A stretch of 64,000 bases of DNA from Planktothrix pseudagardhii (GTDB taxonomy: Bacteria; Cyanobacteriota; Cyanobacteriia; Cyanobacteriales; Microcoleaceae): NCBI RefSeq assembly GCF_904830925.1, contig NZ_LR882967.1, forward strand, positions 3,554,106 to 3,618,105, written 5' to 3'. A program made the translations under genes and the position numbers. Below are positions 46,818 to 57,214 of the stretch, one piece after another. The notes beneath the pieces are model-generated. The model did not search any database, was not told where the DNA came from, and saw only the letters and a program-made list of their open reading frames with translations. Every line of letters starts with the position of its first letter. The stretch's first letter is position 1.

Positions 46818-49305
46818 GATTCAAAACCTAAATATGAATGCCATTGTTTCCCCTTTTTATCTCAAAGTTCAACGAGTTGAGCAGGTTTGCTTATTTCAAT
46901 TATCTTGGGGGGAAGGGCAAAATTTGGGAGTCACGCTTCCCTATCCTGAACGATTAACTCAACTGTATCAAGAGTGGCAATATATTTATTTGAGTTTTTA
47001 TCAGAAAGCACTGCGAGGTCGAGTGGAAGCGACCGGAAAACTTACCCAAAGCCAAACAGATTGGCACGCTAAATTAGTTCAAGCAGAAGCAAAATTATTA
47101 TATGAATTTCATCGCTGGTTAAGACATGAAGAATTATATGAAATTCGAGCAACTCTGGCTAAAGCGACATCAAAGCAGAATTTAGAAACTTTACCGCGTG
47201 GCGTTGGATTAGATATTGATGTGTTTCTCACCACTGACCCGATAGATGTGGCTCGACTTCCTTGGGAAGCGTGGGAAATTGGTACAGAATTTGCGGCGAC
47301 TGGAAAAATTAGAATTGTTCGTCAACCGATTAATATTCGTCAGGTTACAACGACTCCCGAACATCGACCAACCCGCAATAAAGTTAGGGTATTAGTAATT
47401 TTAGGAGATGAAACGGGGTTAAATTTTCAAGCTGATCAAGAAGCGGTGCGAGCGCTCGCTCCAATTGCAGAAATTCAGTTTGTCGGTTGGCAACCTCAAC
47501 AAACTGTAATGGAAGTTAAACTTGCAGTGGTTAAAGCCATTCAAGATCAAAAAGGTTGGGATATTTTACTATTTGCTGGTCATAGTAATGAAACGGAATT
47601 AACCGGAGGAGAATTAGGGATTGCGCCCTCAGTTTCGTTGTCCTTATCCGAACTGATTCAACCCTTAACTGTTGCAAAACAACGAGGCTTACAATTTGCC
47701 TTATTTAATTCTTGTAATGGTTTAAGTTTAGCGAATACCTTGATTGATTTAGGATTAAATCAAGTGGCGATTATGCGAGAACCTATCCATAATCAAGTGG
47801 CTCAAGAATTTTTATTACGGTTTATTCGGAGCTTAACGGAATATTATGATGTCCATGATGCCTTATTATCCGCTTGTCAATTCCTCAAATTAGAAAAACA
47901 TTTAACTTATCCCAGTGCCTATTTAATTCCTTCCTTATTCCGCCATCCCAAAGCTCCTCCGTTTAAATTACAAGCCTTCAGTTGGAAACAACGATTAAAA
48001 CGATGGTTCCCCACAAAAAAAGAACTCCTTGCCCTAACAACCTTATGCGTTATCGCTTGGCAAACGCCTATTCAAAATTTTTTATTAGAACGACGAATTT
48101 TGATTCAAGCAATTTATCGAAATTTAACTCATCAAATTCCAACTCAATCCTCTCCCCCAATTCTACTAATTTTAATTGATGAAAAATCTATTCTAAAAGC
48201 TAAAATTTCTAATCCAAGACCGATGGATCGAAGTTATTTAGCTGAGATTATTAATCATTTAATTAAACTCAATATGCAAGTAATTGGCATTGATTATTTA
48301 TTAGATCGTCATCAACCTCAAAACGATCCCATCTTATCCCAATCTTTACAAAATGCAGTTCAAAATCATCAAACTTGGTTAATATTTGGAACGAGTAAAA
48401 ATCCCACCGGAGGATGGTTTGAAACCTTACCCGAATTAGCGAGTCCTAATTGGAGCTTACAAGGCGATTTAAGAATATTAGGTTATCCTCCCCTCTATAC
48501 CACCTTACTGCCTCTTCCTGACTCTCGACAACAACCTTTACCCTTCGCTTATTTATTGGCTTTAGCGTATCAATTAAACTTTCAAGAACGAGAATCTACC
48601 CCTGCCCCTCAACTGGACTCATCCGTTGATTGGCTATCCCATTTAAAAGCCTATTTAATTGATAATACCGGAACAGATTATCAAAGGTTATTTTCATCAA
48701 AAGCACGTTTACAACCGATCACAAATTGGGCATATTTATTAAAGCAATGGTGGTTTCATCCCCTGATTGATTTTTCAATTCCCCCAAAACAAGTTTATCA
48801 AAGTCTTCCCGCTTGGCAATTATTTGAGTCTCCAGAGTCTACCTTGAAACTTTCTACTCCCTTTGTCGTTCTAATTGCACCAGGGGGATATGGTGAAGCC
48901 GGAATTGCAACAGAAGGTCAAGATAATTTTCCTTTACCTATGGCATTAAATTATTGGTATTCTCAGGAAACACCACGCAATTATCGCCAAGTCTTACCGG
49001 GAGGTGAAGTTCATGCTTACATGACTCATCACTTTATTCAGCAACGATTTGTGATTCCCATTCCTGACCTTTTGCTGATTTTAATTGCCGCTTTATTCGG
49101 AAAAGGAGCGACCTTATCCTTAGCAACAGTTCGTCCTCAAAAAATAAAGTATATCCTGGTGTTTGTGGGATTAACAGGAATATATGGATTAGTGAGTGTA
49201 CAGGTTTATATTACAGGCGAACTTTTGCTTCCTTGGGTGTTACCAGCCTTGATGTTTTGGATGTATATTTTTCTGACATTTGTGGAAAGGAAATTTTATG
49301 GCTAA
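46798..49305 (+). CDS. CHAT (caspase-like protease) domain - CHASE2 sensor domain membrane protein
   Basis: 835 aa. CHAT catalytic dyad contexts ILLFAGHSNE (His) and ALFNSCNGLSL (Cys). These are followed by a CHASE2-like region (ILLILIDEKS...VIGIDYLLDRHQP) and C-terminal TM helices. Confidence 0.7.
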   Translation: MNLVSIKIQNLNMNAIVSPFYLKVQRVEQVCLFQLSWGEGQNLGVTLPYPERLTQLYQEWQYIYLSFYQKALRGRVEATGKLTQSQTDWHAKLVQAEAKLLYEFHRWLRHEELYEIRATLAKATSKQNLETLPRGVGLDIDVFLTTDPIDVARLPWEAWEIGTEFAATGKIRIVRQPINIRQVTTTPEHRPTRNKVRVLVILGDETGLNFQADQEAVRALAPIAEIQFVGWQPQQTVMEVKLAVVKAIQDQKGWDILLFAGHSNETELTGGELGIAPSVSLSLSELIQPLTVAKQRGLQFALFNSCNGLSLANTLIDLGLNQVAIMREPIHNQVAQEFLLRFIRSLTEYYDVHDALLSACQFLKLEKHLTYPSAYLIPSLFRHPKAPPFKLQAFSWKQRLKRWFPTKKELLALTTLCVIAWQTPIQNFLLERRILIQAIYRNLTHQIPTQSSPPILLILIDEKSILKAKISNPRPMDRSYLAEIINHLIKLNMQVIGIDYLLDRHQPQNDPILSQSLQNAVQNHQTWLIFGTSKNPTGGWFETLPELASPNWSLQGDLRILGYPPLYTTLLPLPDSRQQPLPFAYLLALAYQLNFQERESTPAPQLDSSVDWLSHLKAYLIDNTGTDYQRLFSSKARLQPITNWAYLLKQWWFHPLIDFSIPPKQVYQSLPAWQLFESPESTLKLSTPFVVLIAPGGYGEAGIATEGQDNFPLPMALNYWYSQETPRNYRQVLPGGEVHAYMTHHFIQQRFVIPIPDLLLILIAALFGKGATLSLATVRPQKIKYILVFVGLTGIYGLVSVQVYITGELLLPWVLPALMFWMYIFLTFVERKFYG

Positions 49306-50035
49306 GTTCAACTTTGTGCGTTCTCTTTGGAGGTGCACAACCTTGGTAAGCATAATGGGATTTTCGGTTATCTCTCCCGCCTTGAGTGAACCCACGTTTC
49401 ATCCTTCAGAATTTAAAAAGATTTCCCCTGCTTGGGAAGAATTGTATCAGCTTGCTAATCAGGATTCTTCAACGACTAATCATGAACCGCCTGTCTATTC
49501 TCCTGGGGGTTCACGGGGAAATGAAATTTGTACAATTGTTCCTCTAACCCAACCTAATAATCATCAGGTTGATAGTGAAATTTGGAGTGACAAACCTACC
49601 TTTATTTGGCGAGGGGATATTAAATATGTAGAACTGCATTCTGATGACAATGAGACTTTAATTTGGAGTCAAAATATTTCGGATTCTAAGCAAAGTATTT
49701 CCTATACGGGAGAACCACTTCAACCCGGAGAAACCTATCAATTATCACTTTATGATATCTCTAATCCTGATATCAGTGATTTTCCCCGTGACTCTTTAAC
49801 TTTTAAAGTCATAGAAACCCATCAACACCAGAAAATTCAGCAGGATTTAGAACAATTAGAAACGCAACTGCATCAACAAAAAGCAACCGCAGAAGCAATT
49901 ACTTTAGCTCGGATTCAATATTTTGTGGAACATCAGTTATGGTCAGATGCTCTGATGGAATCTTCCTCACTTCAGATTCAAGACCCCAGTTTAGATGAGT
50001 TATTAAAAACTAAAGTGTCCCGTTCTTGTGGGTAA
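49280..50035 (+). CDS. secreted protein (DUF928-like; unverified); start possibly at 49298
   Basis: 251 aa with a signal peptide (VSIMGFSVISPALS). It overlaps the CHAT gene end by 26 bp. Confidence 0.45.
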   Translation: MWKGNFMAKFNFVRSLWRCTTLVSIMGFSVISPALSEPTFHPSEFKKISPAWEELYQLANQDSSTTNHEPPVYSPGGSRGNEICTIVPLTQPNNHQVDSEIWSDKPTFIWRGDIKYVELHSDDNETLIWSQNISDSKQSISYTGEPLQPGETYQLSLYDISNPDISDFPRDSLTFKVIETHQHQKIQQDLEQLETQLHQQKATAEAITLARIQYFVEHQLWSDALMESSSLQIQDPSLDELLKTKVSRSCG

Positions 50036-50251
50036 CTCAAAATTGGAATTTTAGATGGGTTTGATCTCTGCTTCAACCCCCGACTCATAGGAAGAAGGGG
50101 GTGAGATTCCATCCTTCAATGTTGACTACAAATACTTGCTAGGGTGGCTAATCACTTTTTCCTATCCCCTCTGTTCCCTTTTCCCTATTGATAATAAAGT
50201 GCTGAATTAATTTAAGATAGGAAGAAGACCTCAATTCCAATTTAGATTAAA

Positions 50252-51169
50252 ATGACAACAGAGACAGCAGCAACCTCAGTCTTGCCAACAGGTACATTAT
50301 GGCAACGGATTATTACTCAAACTGAATATGCTCTCAACTGTGGTGCTCTTCAATCAATTGCAACAGATTATGATTTTATTGAAGAGGGGGATATTCGCTT
50401 TTTAGTCAGAATTTTAGCTAACTTAGCGCGTAAGGAACAAGCGAAGAAACAGCAAAAAAAAATAGAGAAATCCGGGAAAGAGTTTAACCCTTTTCTTCCT
50501 TATGAAAAAGATTTATTTGTTGCTGATTTATCGAAAACTCATTTATGTTTACTGAATAAATTTAATGTAGTTGAGCATCATTTATTAATTGTAACCCGCG
50601 AATTTGAAGAACAAGAAACCTGGCTGACTCAAGCCGATTTTGCAGCTATGTGGATGGGTTTAGCAGAAATTGATGGATTAATGTTTTATAATGGGGGTAA
50701 ATTAGCGGGAGCAAGTCAACGGCATAAACATTTACAATTAGTTCCTTTCCCCTTAGTTCCCGATGGCTTAAATCTTCCCATTGAACCCGCGATCACTTCT
50801 GTACAATTTAAAAATTCTATTGGCATCATTCTCGAATTTCCATTTGTTCATGCGATCGCCTCTTTTAATCCTAATTGGATTCATACCCCATCAGAAGCCT
50901 CAATTTTTACCCTAGAATTGTATTTTGCATTATTATCAGCCGTGGGTTTATCAATTGATGATCATTCCTTTCAATCAGGAGCTTATAATTTATTAGCCAC
51001 CCGAAATTGGATGATGATTGTTCCTCGATCTCAAGAAGAGTTTGAGGGTATTTCAATTAATTCTTTAGGGTTTGCTGGAGGATTATTAGTCAGAAATTCC
51101 CAACAACTACAATGGCTGAAATCCTATCACCCCCTAACAGTTTTAAAACAAGTCGGAATTTCCCGTTAA
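50252..51169 (+). CDS. ATP adenylyltransferase / Ap4A phosphorylase II-like (HIT-related) protein
   Basis: 305 aa with an HxHxQ-type motif (QRHKHLQLVP) in the context typical of Apa2-like proteins. Confidence 0.6.
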   Translation: MTTETAATSVLPTGTLWQRIITQTEYALNCGALQSIATDYDFIEEGDIRFLVRILANLARKEQAKKQQKKIEKSGKEFNPFLPYEKDLFVADLSKTHLCLLNKFNVVEHHLLIVTREFEEQETWLTQADFAAMWMGLAEIDGLMFYNGGKLAGASQRHKHLQLVPFPLVPDGLNLPIEPAITSVQFKNSIGIILEFPFVHAIASFNPNWIHTPSEASIFTLELYFALLSAVGLSIDDHSFQSGAYNLLATRNWMMIVPRSQEEFEGISINSLGFAGGLLVRNSQQLQWLKSYHPLTVLKQVGISR

Positions 51170-51215
51170 TCCAAATTTTTATTCCCTATTCCCTATTCCC
51201 AGTTAAGCTGTTCCT

Positions 51216-52307
51216 TTAAACTAAATCAGGAAAAACTTCCCGAACAGCCGGATGGACTAAATGGTGATTTTCCACATTTAAACCTTTGGCTAAAACCGGG
51301 TTCAATTCTAATGCTTTGAGTCCCCGATCCGCTAACTGAAGAACATAAGGTAAGGTACTATTATTCAAGGCTTGGGTCGCTGTCCAAGGCACAGCACCGG
51401 GCATATTAGGAACGCCATAATGTACCACCTTTTCTTCAATATAAGTCGGATGGCTATGGGACGTAGGCCGTAAGGTTTCAATACACCCTCCTTGATCTAC
51501 TGCCACATCCACAATGACAGAACCGGGGCGCATTTGAGCAACTAACTCACGAGAAACTAATTTAGGGGCGCGTTTTCCTAAGATTAAAACCGCACCAATT
51601 AATAAATCTGCTTGGGGAACACTTTCTTCAATTTGGGATAAATGACTGTAGAGTAATTCCACACTCGATCCAAACACCGTTTCTAAATAAGCTAATCGCT
51701 CCACATTCACATCTAAAATTTGCACTTTAGCCCCCATCCCTAGGGCAATTCTAGCCGCTTCTGTGCCAACCACACCTCCCCCTAAAATCACAACAGTGGC
51801 AGCTTTTACCCCAGGAATTCCCCCTAATAAAACCCCCCGTCCTCCCTGTTGTCGTTCTAAAAAACGAGCCCCAAACTGAATCGATAACCGTCCCGCGATA
51901 ATACTCATTGGAGTTAGTAAAGGCAAGCGACCATCAGGAAGTTCTACGGTTTCATAGGCGATGGCATGGACACCCTTATGAATTAACTGTTCGGTTAGTT
52001 CCCGATCTGCGGCTAAATGTAAATAAGTAAATAAGAGTTGTTCTTTCTGGATTAACTCATATTCCGGGGGTAAGGGTTCTTTGACTTTCACCACCAGTTC
52101 CCGACACCAAGCATCAGCCGGAGATTCAACAATTATGGCTCCGGCTCGTGTATAATCCTCATCGGTAAACCCAGCGCCATTCCCTGCACCCGTTTCCACA
52201 AAAACTTGATGACCTCGTTCACAGCACACTCGCACACTACCGGGACTCAATCCCACCCGAAATTCCTGATCTTTAATTTCTTTCGGAATCCCAATTTGCA
52301 TAATCAA
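51216..52307 (-). CDS. ald: alanine dehydrogenase
   Basis: 363 aa. NAD-binding VVILGGGVVGTEAARIALGMGAKV and an AlaDH/PNT N-terminal domain. Confidence 0.9.
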   Translation of the reverse strand: MIMQIGIPKEIKDQEFRVGLSPGSVRVCCERGHQVFVETGAGNGAGFTDEDYTRAGAIIVESPADAWCRELVVKVKEPLPPEYELIQKEQLLFTYLHLAADRELTEQLIHKGVHAIAYETVELPDGRLPLLTPMSIIAGRLSIQFGARFLERQQGGRGVLLGGIPGVKAATVVILGGGVVGTEAARIALGMGAKVQILDVNVERLAYLETVFGSSVELLYSHLSQIEESVPQADLLIGAVLILGKRAPKLVSRELVAQMRPGSVIVDVAVDQGGCIETLRPTSHSHPTYIEEKVVHYGVPNMPGAVPWTATQALNNSTLPYVLQLADRGLKALELNPVLAKGLNVENHHLVHPAVREVFPDLV

Positions 52308-52728
52308 TTATTTCTCCTTCGTCTGACGTGCGCTATCTTTCAACCGTTGTATTCTAATTTAGAGGATCATAAAGTGAATGTTTCCCACCCTACATTAGAA
52401 ATTGCTTTTGATCTGTTATGCTCATGAACTCCGCTCTGGGGATCAAGGGTTTTGTAATATAACCGCTTGGCTATCGTTGAGGAACTGATCAATCAGTTGA
52501 TACAGAAAATTTTGCTGGGAGTTTCTAATCTGAGTATAAAATTCAGGGGGGGACTTACAACCCAATCTTTAAATATCCTTGATGATTTCTAAGTTGGGTA
52601 TTCCAAGATTAATATTCCGATAAAACCCCTCCCTCAGAGTGATTCCGGGTCATAGATTACCAATTAATGACTGTTTACCCCTAGACATCTGGAATCTTTT
52701 CGGTAGAATCAGAACAAAAAATTAACGA

Positions 52729-54102
52729 ATGTTAACGTACAACCCATTTTTGGAGGATAAGCCCATTACACTCGCTATACGCTCATCAAATCTCGCTACT
52801 GCGTCCAATCCTAACCAGTCCATTCTAAAAATTTGGGGGAATCAACCCCTACAAGGTCATGTTTCGATTAGCGGGGCTAAAAATTCCGCTTTAGTTTTAA
52901 TGGCCGGTGCATTGCTGTGTTCTGAAGATTGTCGGCTTCGTAACGTTCCCTCCTTGGTTGATGTCAACCGCATGAGTGAAATTCTCACGGCGCTGGGGGT
53001 TAAAATCGACCGTCAGGGTGATGTTCTCGATATTAAAGCGGGTCAATTATCAGAGTCACAAGCTCCCTATGAACTCGTCAGCCAACTCCGGGCTAGTTTC
53101 TTTGCCATTGGGCCAATACTCGCTCGTTTAGGGGTAGCCAGAGTTCCCTTACCAGGAGGTTGTGCCATTGGAGCTAGACCTGTAGATCTTCATGTTCGGG
53201 GACTGCAAGCTTTAGGGGCTGAAGTTCATATTGATCATGGCATTGTTCATGCTCATGTTAAGGGATATAACCCCCGACTCAAAGGTGCTCGTATTTATCT
53301 GGATTATCCCAGTGTGGGAGCAACGGAAACTTTGATGATGGCAGCAACCCTCGCCGAGGGAGAAACCATTCTCGAAAATGCCGCCCAAGAACCGGAAGTC
53401 ATCGATTTAGCCAACTTCTGTTGTGCGATGGGAGCAAAAATTCAGGGGGCTGGAACTAAAACCATTGTGATTTCTGGGGTTCCTAGTCTGCATTCAGCCG
53501 ATTATTCGATTATTCCTGATCGAATAGAAGCCGGAACTTTTTTAATAGCAGGAGCCATCACCCGCTCTGAAATTAGTTTATCTCCCATTATTCCAGAACA
53601 TTTGACTCCGGTACTGGCTAAACTCAAAGCCATTGGGGTCAAAATTAAGATGGAAGGGTCAAACCATTTACGCATTCTCCCGGTGGAGAATTTAACGGCA
53701 ATGGACATTGAAACCCTACCCTATCCGGGATTTCCTACGGATATGCAAGCCCCCTTTATGGCTCTGTTAACGCTGTGTGAAGGCAATAGCTTGATCAGCG
53801 AAACGGTGTTTGAAAATCGGTTTGGTCATGTTCCTGAACTGAGCCGCATGGGTGCAGATATTCGGGTTAAGGGAACGACTGCCTTAGTTCGAGGAGTTCC
53901 GTTTTTATCGGGCGCACCTGTAACAGCAACCGACTTACGCGCTTCTGCGGCTTTAGTCCTAGCGGCTTTAGCGGCGGAGGGAGAAACCACCATTCAGGAG
54001 TTAAAACATTTGGATCGGGGTTATGAACAATTGGAAGCTAAACTCCGACAATTAGGAGCCAAACTCCAGCGTATTGATCATGCGCTAATAGAAAAGGAAT
54101 AA
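52729..54102 (+). CDS. murA: UDP-N-acetylglucosamine 1-carboxyvinyltransferase
   Basis: 457 aa showing MurA/EPT-family hallmarks throughout (GAKNSAL, catalytic Cys context [13 protein letters not shown]). Confidence 0.9.
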   Translation: MLTYNPFLEDKPITLAIRSSNLATASNPNQSILKIWGNQPLQGHVSISGAKNSALVLMAGALLCSEDCRLRNVPSLVDVNRMSEILTALGVKIDRQGDVLDIKAGQLSESQAPYELVSQLRASFFAIGPILARLGVARVPLPGGCAIGARPVDLHVRGLQALGAEVHIDHGIVHAHVKGYNPRLKGARIYLDYPSVGATETLMMAATLAEGETILENAAQEPEVIDLANFCCAMGAKIQGAGTKTIVISGVPSLHSADYSIIPDRIEAGTFLIAGAITRSEISLSPIIPEHLTPVLAKLKAIGVKIKMEGSNHLRILPVENLTAMDIETLPYPGFPTDMQAPFMALLTLCEGNSLISETVFENRFGHVPELSRMGADIRVKGTTALVRGVPFLSGAPVTATDLRASAALVLAALAAEGETTIQELKHLDRGYEQLEAKLRQLGAKLQRIDHALIEKE

Positions 54103-54264
54103 GCAACTGATCTGTTAGCAGACAGTCGCTTAACCTCAAAAATGGAGTGTTTGTTGTGAGTTGTTTAGGGTGCGTTTTAGGGTTAATTACAACTCACAAC
54201 CCACCCAATTTTGATCAGGCAGACGTTAGATTTGTTATAGTTTGACTTTAATCTGTATGTAGCT

Positions 54265-55143
54265 ATGACGTTTTCAACGACCCCTTTAATAGGACTCCGA
54301 GCCGATCATTTCCGTCATCCGTTGGATTTACAAGCGACCAATGCTTTGAAACAATTGCCCGGTTTAGATTTATTAGTCCGGCAAATTTTAGGCGGTGTCG
54401 GGGAACAGTTTTTTTATTTAGAAAATATTGCGTCTAGTATTTTAGTTAGTGATCAACAATTACCTGATCTTCATCAATTATTATTAGCGGCTTGCAAAAC
54501 TTTAGATTTAGAACCGCCTCAACTTTATATTCGCCAACATCCGGTTCCCAATGCTTATACTTTTGCGATGCGGGGAAAACAACCGTTTATTGTCATTCAT
54601 ACGTCGTTAATTGAGTTATTAACCTCGGAAGAAATTCAAGCGGTAATTGCCCATGAGTTAGGACATTTAAAATGCGAACATGGGGTATATTTAACCTTAG
54701 CGAATTTAGTGGTCTTAGCGGCGAATCAATTGTCTCCTTGGGGAACAATTTTGGCTCAGGGGTTACAAGCGCAGTTAATGGAATGGTTGCGTTGTGCTGA
54801 GTTTACTTGCGATCGCGCAGCCCTATTAGCAACTCAAGATCCGAGAGTCGTAATGTCGGTGTTGATGAAACTGTCGGGGGGTTCTCCCAGTTTAGCTTCG
54901 CAACTGAATTTAGATGCCTTTGTTGCCCAAGCCCGGACGTATGATCAAATTAGTCGCACAGAATTGGGAGAACTCCTTCAGCAAGCTCAAACTGCCCAGT
55001 TAACCCATCCCCTTCCGGTCTTGCGAGCCAGAGAAATTGATCGTTGGTCGAGTAGTCCTAATTATCAGGACTTGCTAAAACGAAACTTTATGGTTTATAA
55101 TAGTGAAGCTAACCCAAACAAGGGCGGGTGGCGGAATTGGTAG
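54265..55143 (+). CDS. M48-family zinc metallopeptidase
   Basis: 292 aa with HExxH in IAHELGHLKCEHG. Confidence 0.75.
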   Translation: MTFSTTPLIGLRADHFRHPLDLQATNALKQLPGLDLLVRQILGGVGEQFFYLENIASSILVSDQQLPDLHQLLLAACKTLDLEPPQLYIRQHPVPNAYTFAMRGKQPFIVIHTSLIELLTSEEIQAVIAHELGHLKCEHGVYLTLANLVVLAANQLSPWGTILAQGLQAQLMEWLRCAEFTCDRAALLATQDPRVVMSVLMKLSGGSPSLASQLNLDAFVAQARTYDQISRTELGELLQQAQTAQLTHPLPVLRAREIDRWSSSPNYQDLLKRNFMVYNSEANPNKGGWRNW

Positions 55144-55205
55144 ACGCACCGCACTCAAAATGCGGCGGCTTCGGTCGTGAGAGTTCGAGTCTCTCTCCGC
55201 CCATT
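55124..55205 (+). tRNA. tRNA-Leu (anticodon CAA)
   Basis: Acceptor stem GGGCGGG/CCGCCCA and anticodon loop cuCAAaa. A long variable arm and T-arm GAGAGTTCGAGTCTCTC (GTTCGAGTC). CCA is not encoded. Confidence 0.85.
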
Positions 55206-55222
55206 AATCAGCTTTAAAAAGC

Positions 55223-55262
55223 TGGGCTGAAAATCCCAGGGCGCAAGCCCTTGATTTTTATT
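55223..55262 (+). terminator. tandem hairpins followed by a T-run, downstream of the tRNA
   Basis: CTGGG..CCCAG, then AGGGC-gcaa-GCCCT, then TGATTTTTA. Confidence 0.5.
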
Positions 55263-55380
55263 CATCGGGTTGTTCTGTTATCAAAATTTCTGGCTATATA
55301 GTGCTACGCATGGGAGTATTGAGTGAAACCTGAAACCCTTTCACTTCTTACTTTTCCCTCTTCAAGTAGCGCTATAACAT

Positions 55381-55614
55381 TTACCAAGTAGGATCACTAT
55401 AAATATTAATGGTGATTTCCGCTTTTCCAGAGGGAACGGAAGAAATGCAAGCACAGATAAAATTATCTTCGTCTAGTTCCACTTCACAAGCATGACAAGA
55501 CCCCATTAAACATCCAGTGGGAATTACAACTCCGGCGCGTTCGGCGACGGCTAATAAAGGTTCTCCAGGTTGGGCTTCAACGGTAACTTTATCGGGTAAG
55601 AAATGGATTTTCAT
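55381..55614 (-). CDS. 2Fe-2S ferredoxin-like protein
   Basis: 77 aa with Cys pattern CLMGSCHACEV...CACI. Confidence 0.65.
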   Translation of the reverse strand: MKIHFLPDKVTVEAQPGEPLLAVAERAGVVIPTGCLMGSCHACEVELDEDNFICACISSVPSGKAEITINIYSDPTW

Positions 55615-55638
55615 GTTGACTGTTGTTGAGGTTGACTT

Positions 55639-57102
55639 CTATAAAACCGATCTCAAATCTAAATAGGAATCTACTGTATCTGCTAATAAATCTAATAACA
55701 ATTCTCGCTGTTCTCGATAATTAGCAATTCCAGTGGGTAAAGCATTTAACCCTCTGGGTTTTCGTAGATGATTTAACCAGGTTCGTCGCCAAGGGCCATT
55801 ATCAAAAACCCCATGTAAATAATGACCCCAAATCGATTTTTGCTGATTAACAAATCCTAAATTCGGGTCATTAAATAAAGGAGAAATATCGTTAGAATCT
55901 AACAATTGAGTTCGTCCTTGATGAATTTCATATCCTTCAACAGGTAAACCTTCTTGGGGATAATGGGATGAAACCAACCGTTGACGGGAGGTTTTTTGAG
56001 TGGACATAACGGTTTTAGTCGGTAATAATCCTAAACCTTCATAATCCCCCTGTTGTCCTTCTAAACCATAGGGATCTGACACAATTTTTCCTAACATTTG
56101 ATAACCGCCACAAATTCCCATGACCTGACCCCCCGCCTCAACATAATTTTTAATTTGATTTGCCATTCCCGATTGTTTTAAGACTTGCAAGTCAGAGATA
56201 GTCGTTTTAGACCCTGGAAGAATGACGGCATCGGGATGTCCTAAAGTGTCAGAAGGCATCACATACTTAATTTTAACGCTGGTTTCGGCATCTAGGGGAT
56301 CAAAATCTGTAAAATTAGCAATGCGAGGAAATCGGATAACGGCAATGGTTAATTCGGCTTGGGCGGAACTCGGACGACGATCTAATAAACTTAAAGAATC
56401 TTCTGCGGGGAAGGGATGATCAATCCAAGGAATAACCGCAACAACCGGAATTCCCGTATACTCCTCTAACCATTTTATCCCCGATTCTAATAGCGATCGC
56501 TGTCCTCTAAATTTATTAATAATAATTCCTTTAATTAATGCCCGTTCATCGGAGTCTAACAATTGCAAAGTTCCCACAACATGAGCAAAAGCCCCCCCGC
56601 GATCAATATCAACCACTAATAACGTTTTGGCATTCAAATATTTTGCCACCCGCATATTGGTTAAATCTCGATGTTTGAGATTAATTTCGGCGGGACTGCC
56701 GGCACCTTCACAAACTAAAATATCAAATTCCTGGGTTAAATAGTCTAAACATTCAGTAATGGTTTGCCAACCTCGATCAAAATATTGTTCATAATAATCA
56801 CTCGCTTGTACAACTCCCACAGGTTTGCCTTTTAAAATTACCTGAGAGGTCATATTTCCTTGAGGTTTTAATAAAATAGGATTCATAGAAACAGAAGGAG
56901 TCACTCCCGCCGCCCAGGCTTGCACCGCTTGAGCATAACCCATTTCTGATCCGGCCGGAGAAACATAGGAATTCAGAGCCATATTTTGCCCTTTAAAGGG
57001 AGCAACCCGCACGCCGCGACGATGTAAAATTCGACAAATGGCCGTGACCATCATGGATTTTCCAGCATGGGAAGTGGTTCCCACAATCATGATTGCTTTC
57101 AT
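55639..57102 (-). CDS. cobQ: cobyric acid synthase
   Basis: 487 aa. N-terminal CobQ/CbiP ATPase domain (IMIVGTTSHAGKS) and a C-terminal GATase domain. Confidence 0.9.
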   Translation of the reverse strand: MKAIMIVGTTSHAGKSMMVTAICRILHRRGVRVAPFKGQNMALNSYVSPAGSEMGYAQAVQAWAAGVTPSVSMNPILLKPQGNMTSQVILKGKPVGVVQASDYYEQYFDRGWQTITECLDYLTQEFDILVCEGAGSPAEINLKHRDLTNMRVAKYLNAKTLLVVDIDRGGAFAHVVGTLQLLDSDERALIKGIIINKFRGQRSLLESGIKWLEEYTGIPVVAVIPWIDHPFPAEDSLSLLDRRPSSAQAELTIAVIRFPRIANFTDFDPLDAETSVKIKYVMPSDTLGHPDAVILPGSKTTISDLQVLKQSGMANQIKNYVEAGGQVMGICGGYQMLGKIVSDPYGLEGQQGDYEGLGLLPTKTVMSTQKTSRQRLVSSHYPQEGLPVEGYEIHQGRTQLLDSNDISPLFNDPNLGFVNQQKSIWGHYLHGVFDNGPWRRTWLNHLRKPRGLNALPTGIANYREQRELLLDLLADTVDSYLDLRSVL

Positions 57103-57214
57103 AAATGATCACTGAAGACAGAGACTAATATTTTAATCGCTCAAGGTTAAAAACCGTCAACCCATCTCTGACAACGGTATGGGATGATAGTGGAGACTTT
57201 TCAACGATTTTGTT

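Noticed and set aside
57103-57214. Cobalamin riboswitch upstream of cobQ
   Set aside because: Only a 112-bp intergenic gap is shared with the divergent upp gene. I could not find a B12-box-like element on the cobQ-sense strand, and the gap is too short for the roughly 200-nt aptamer.
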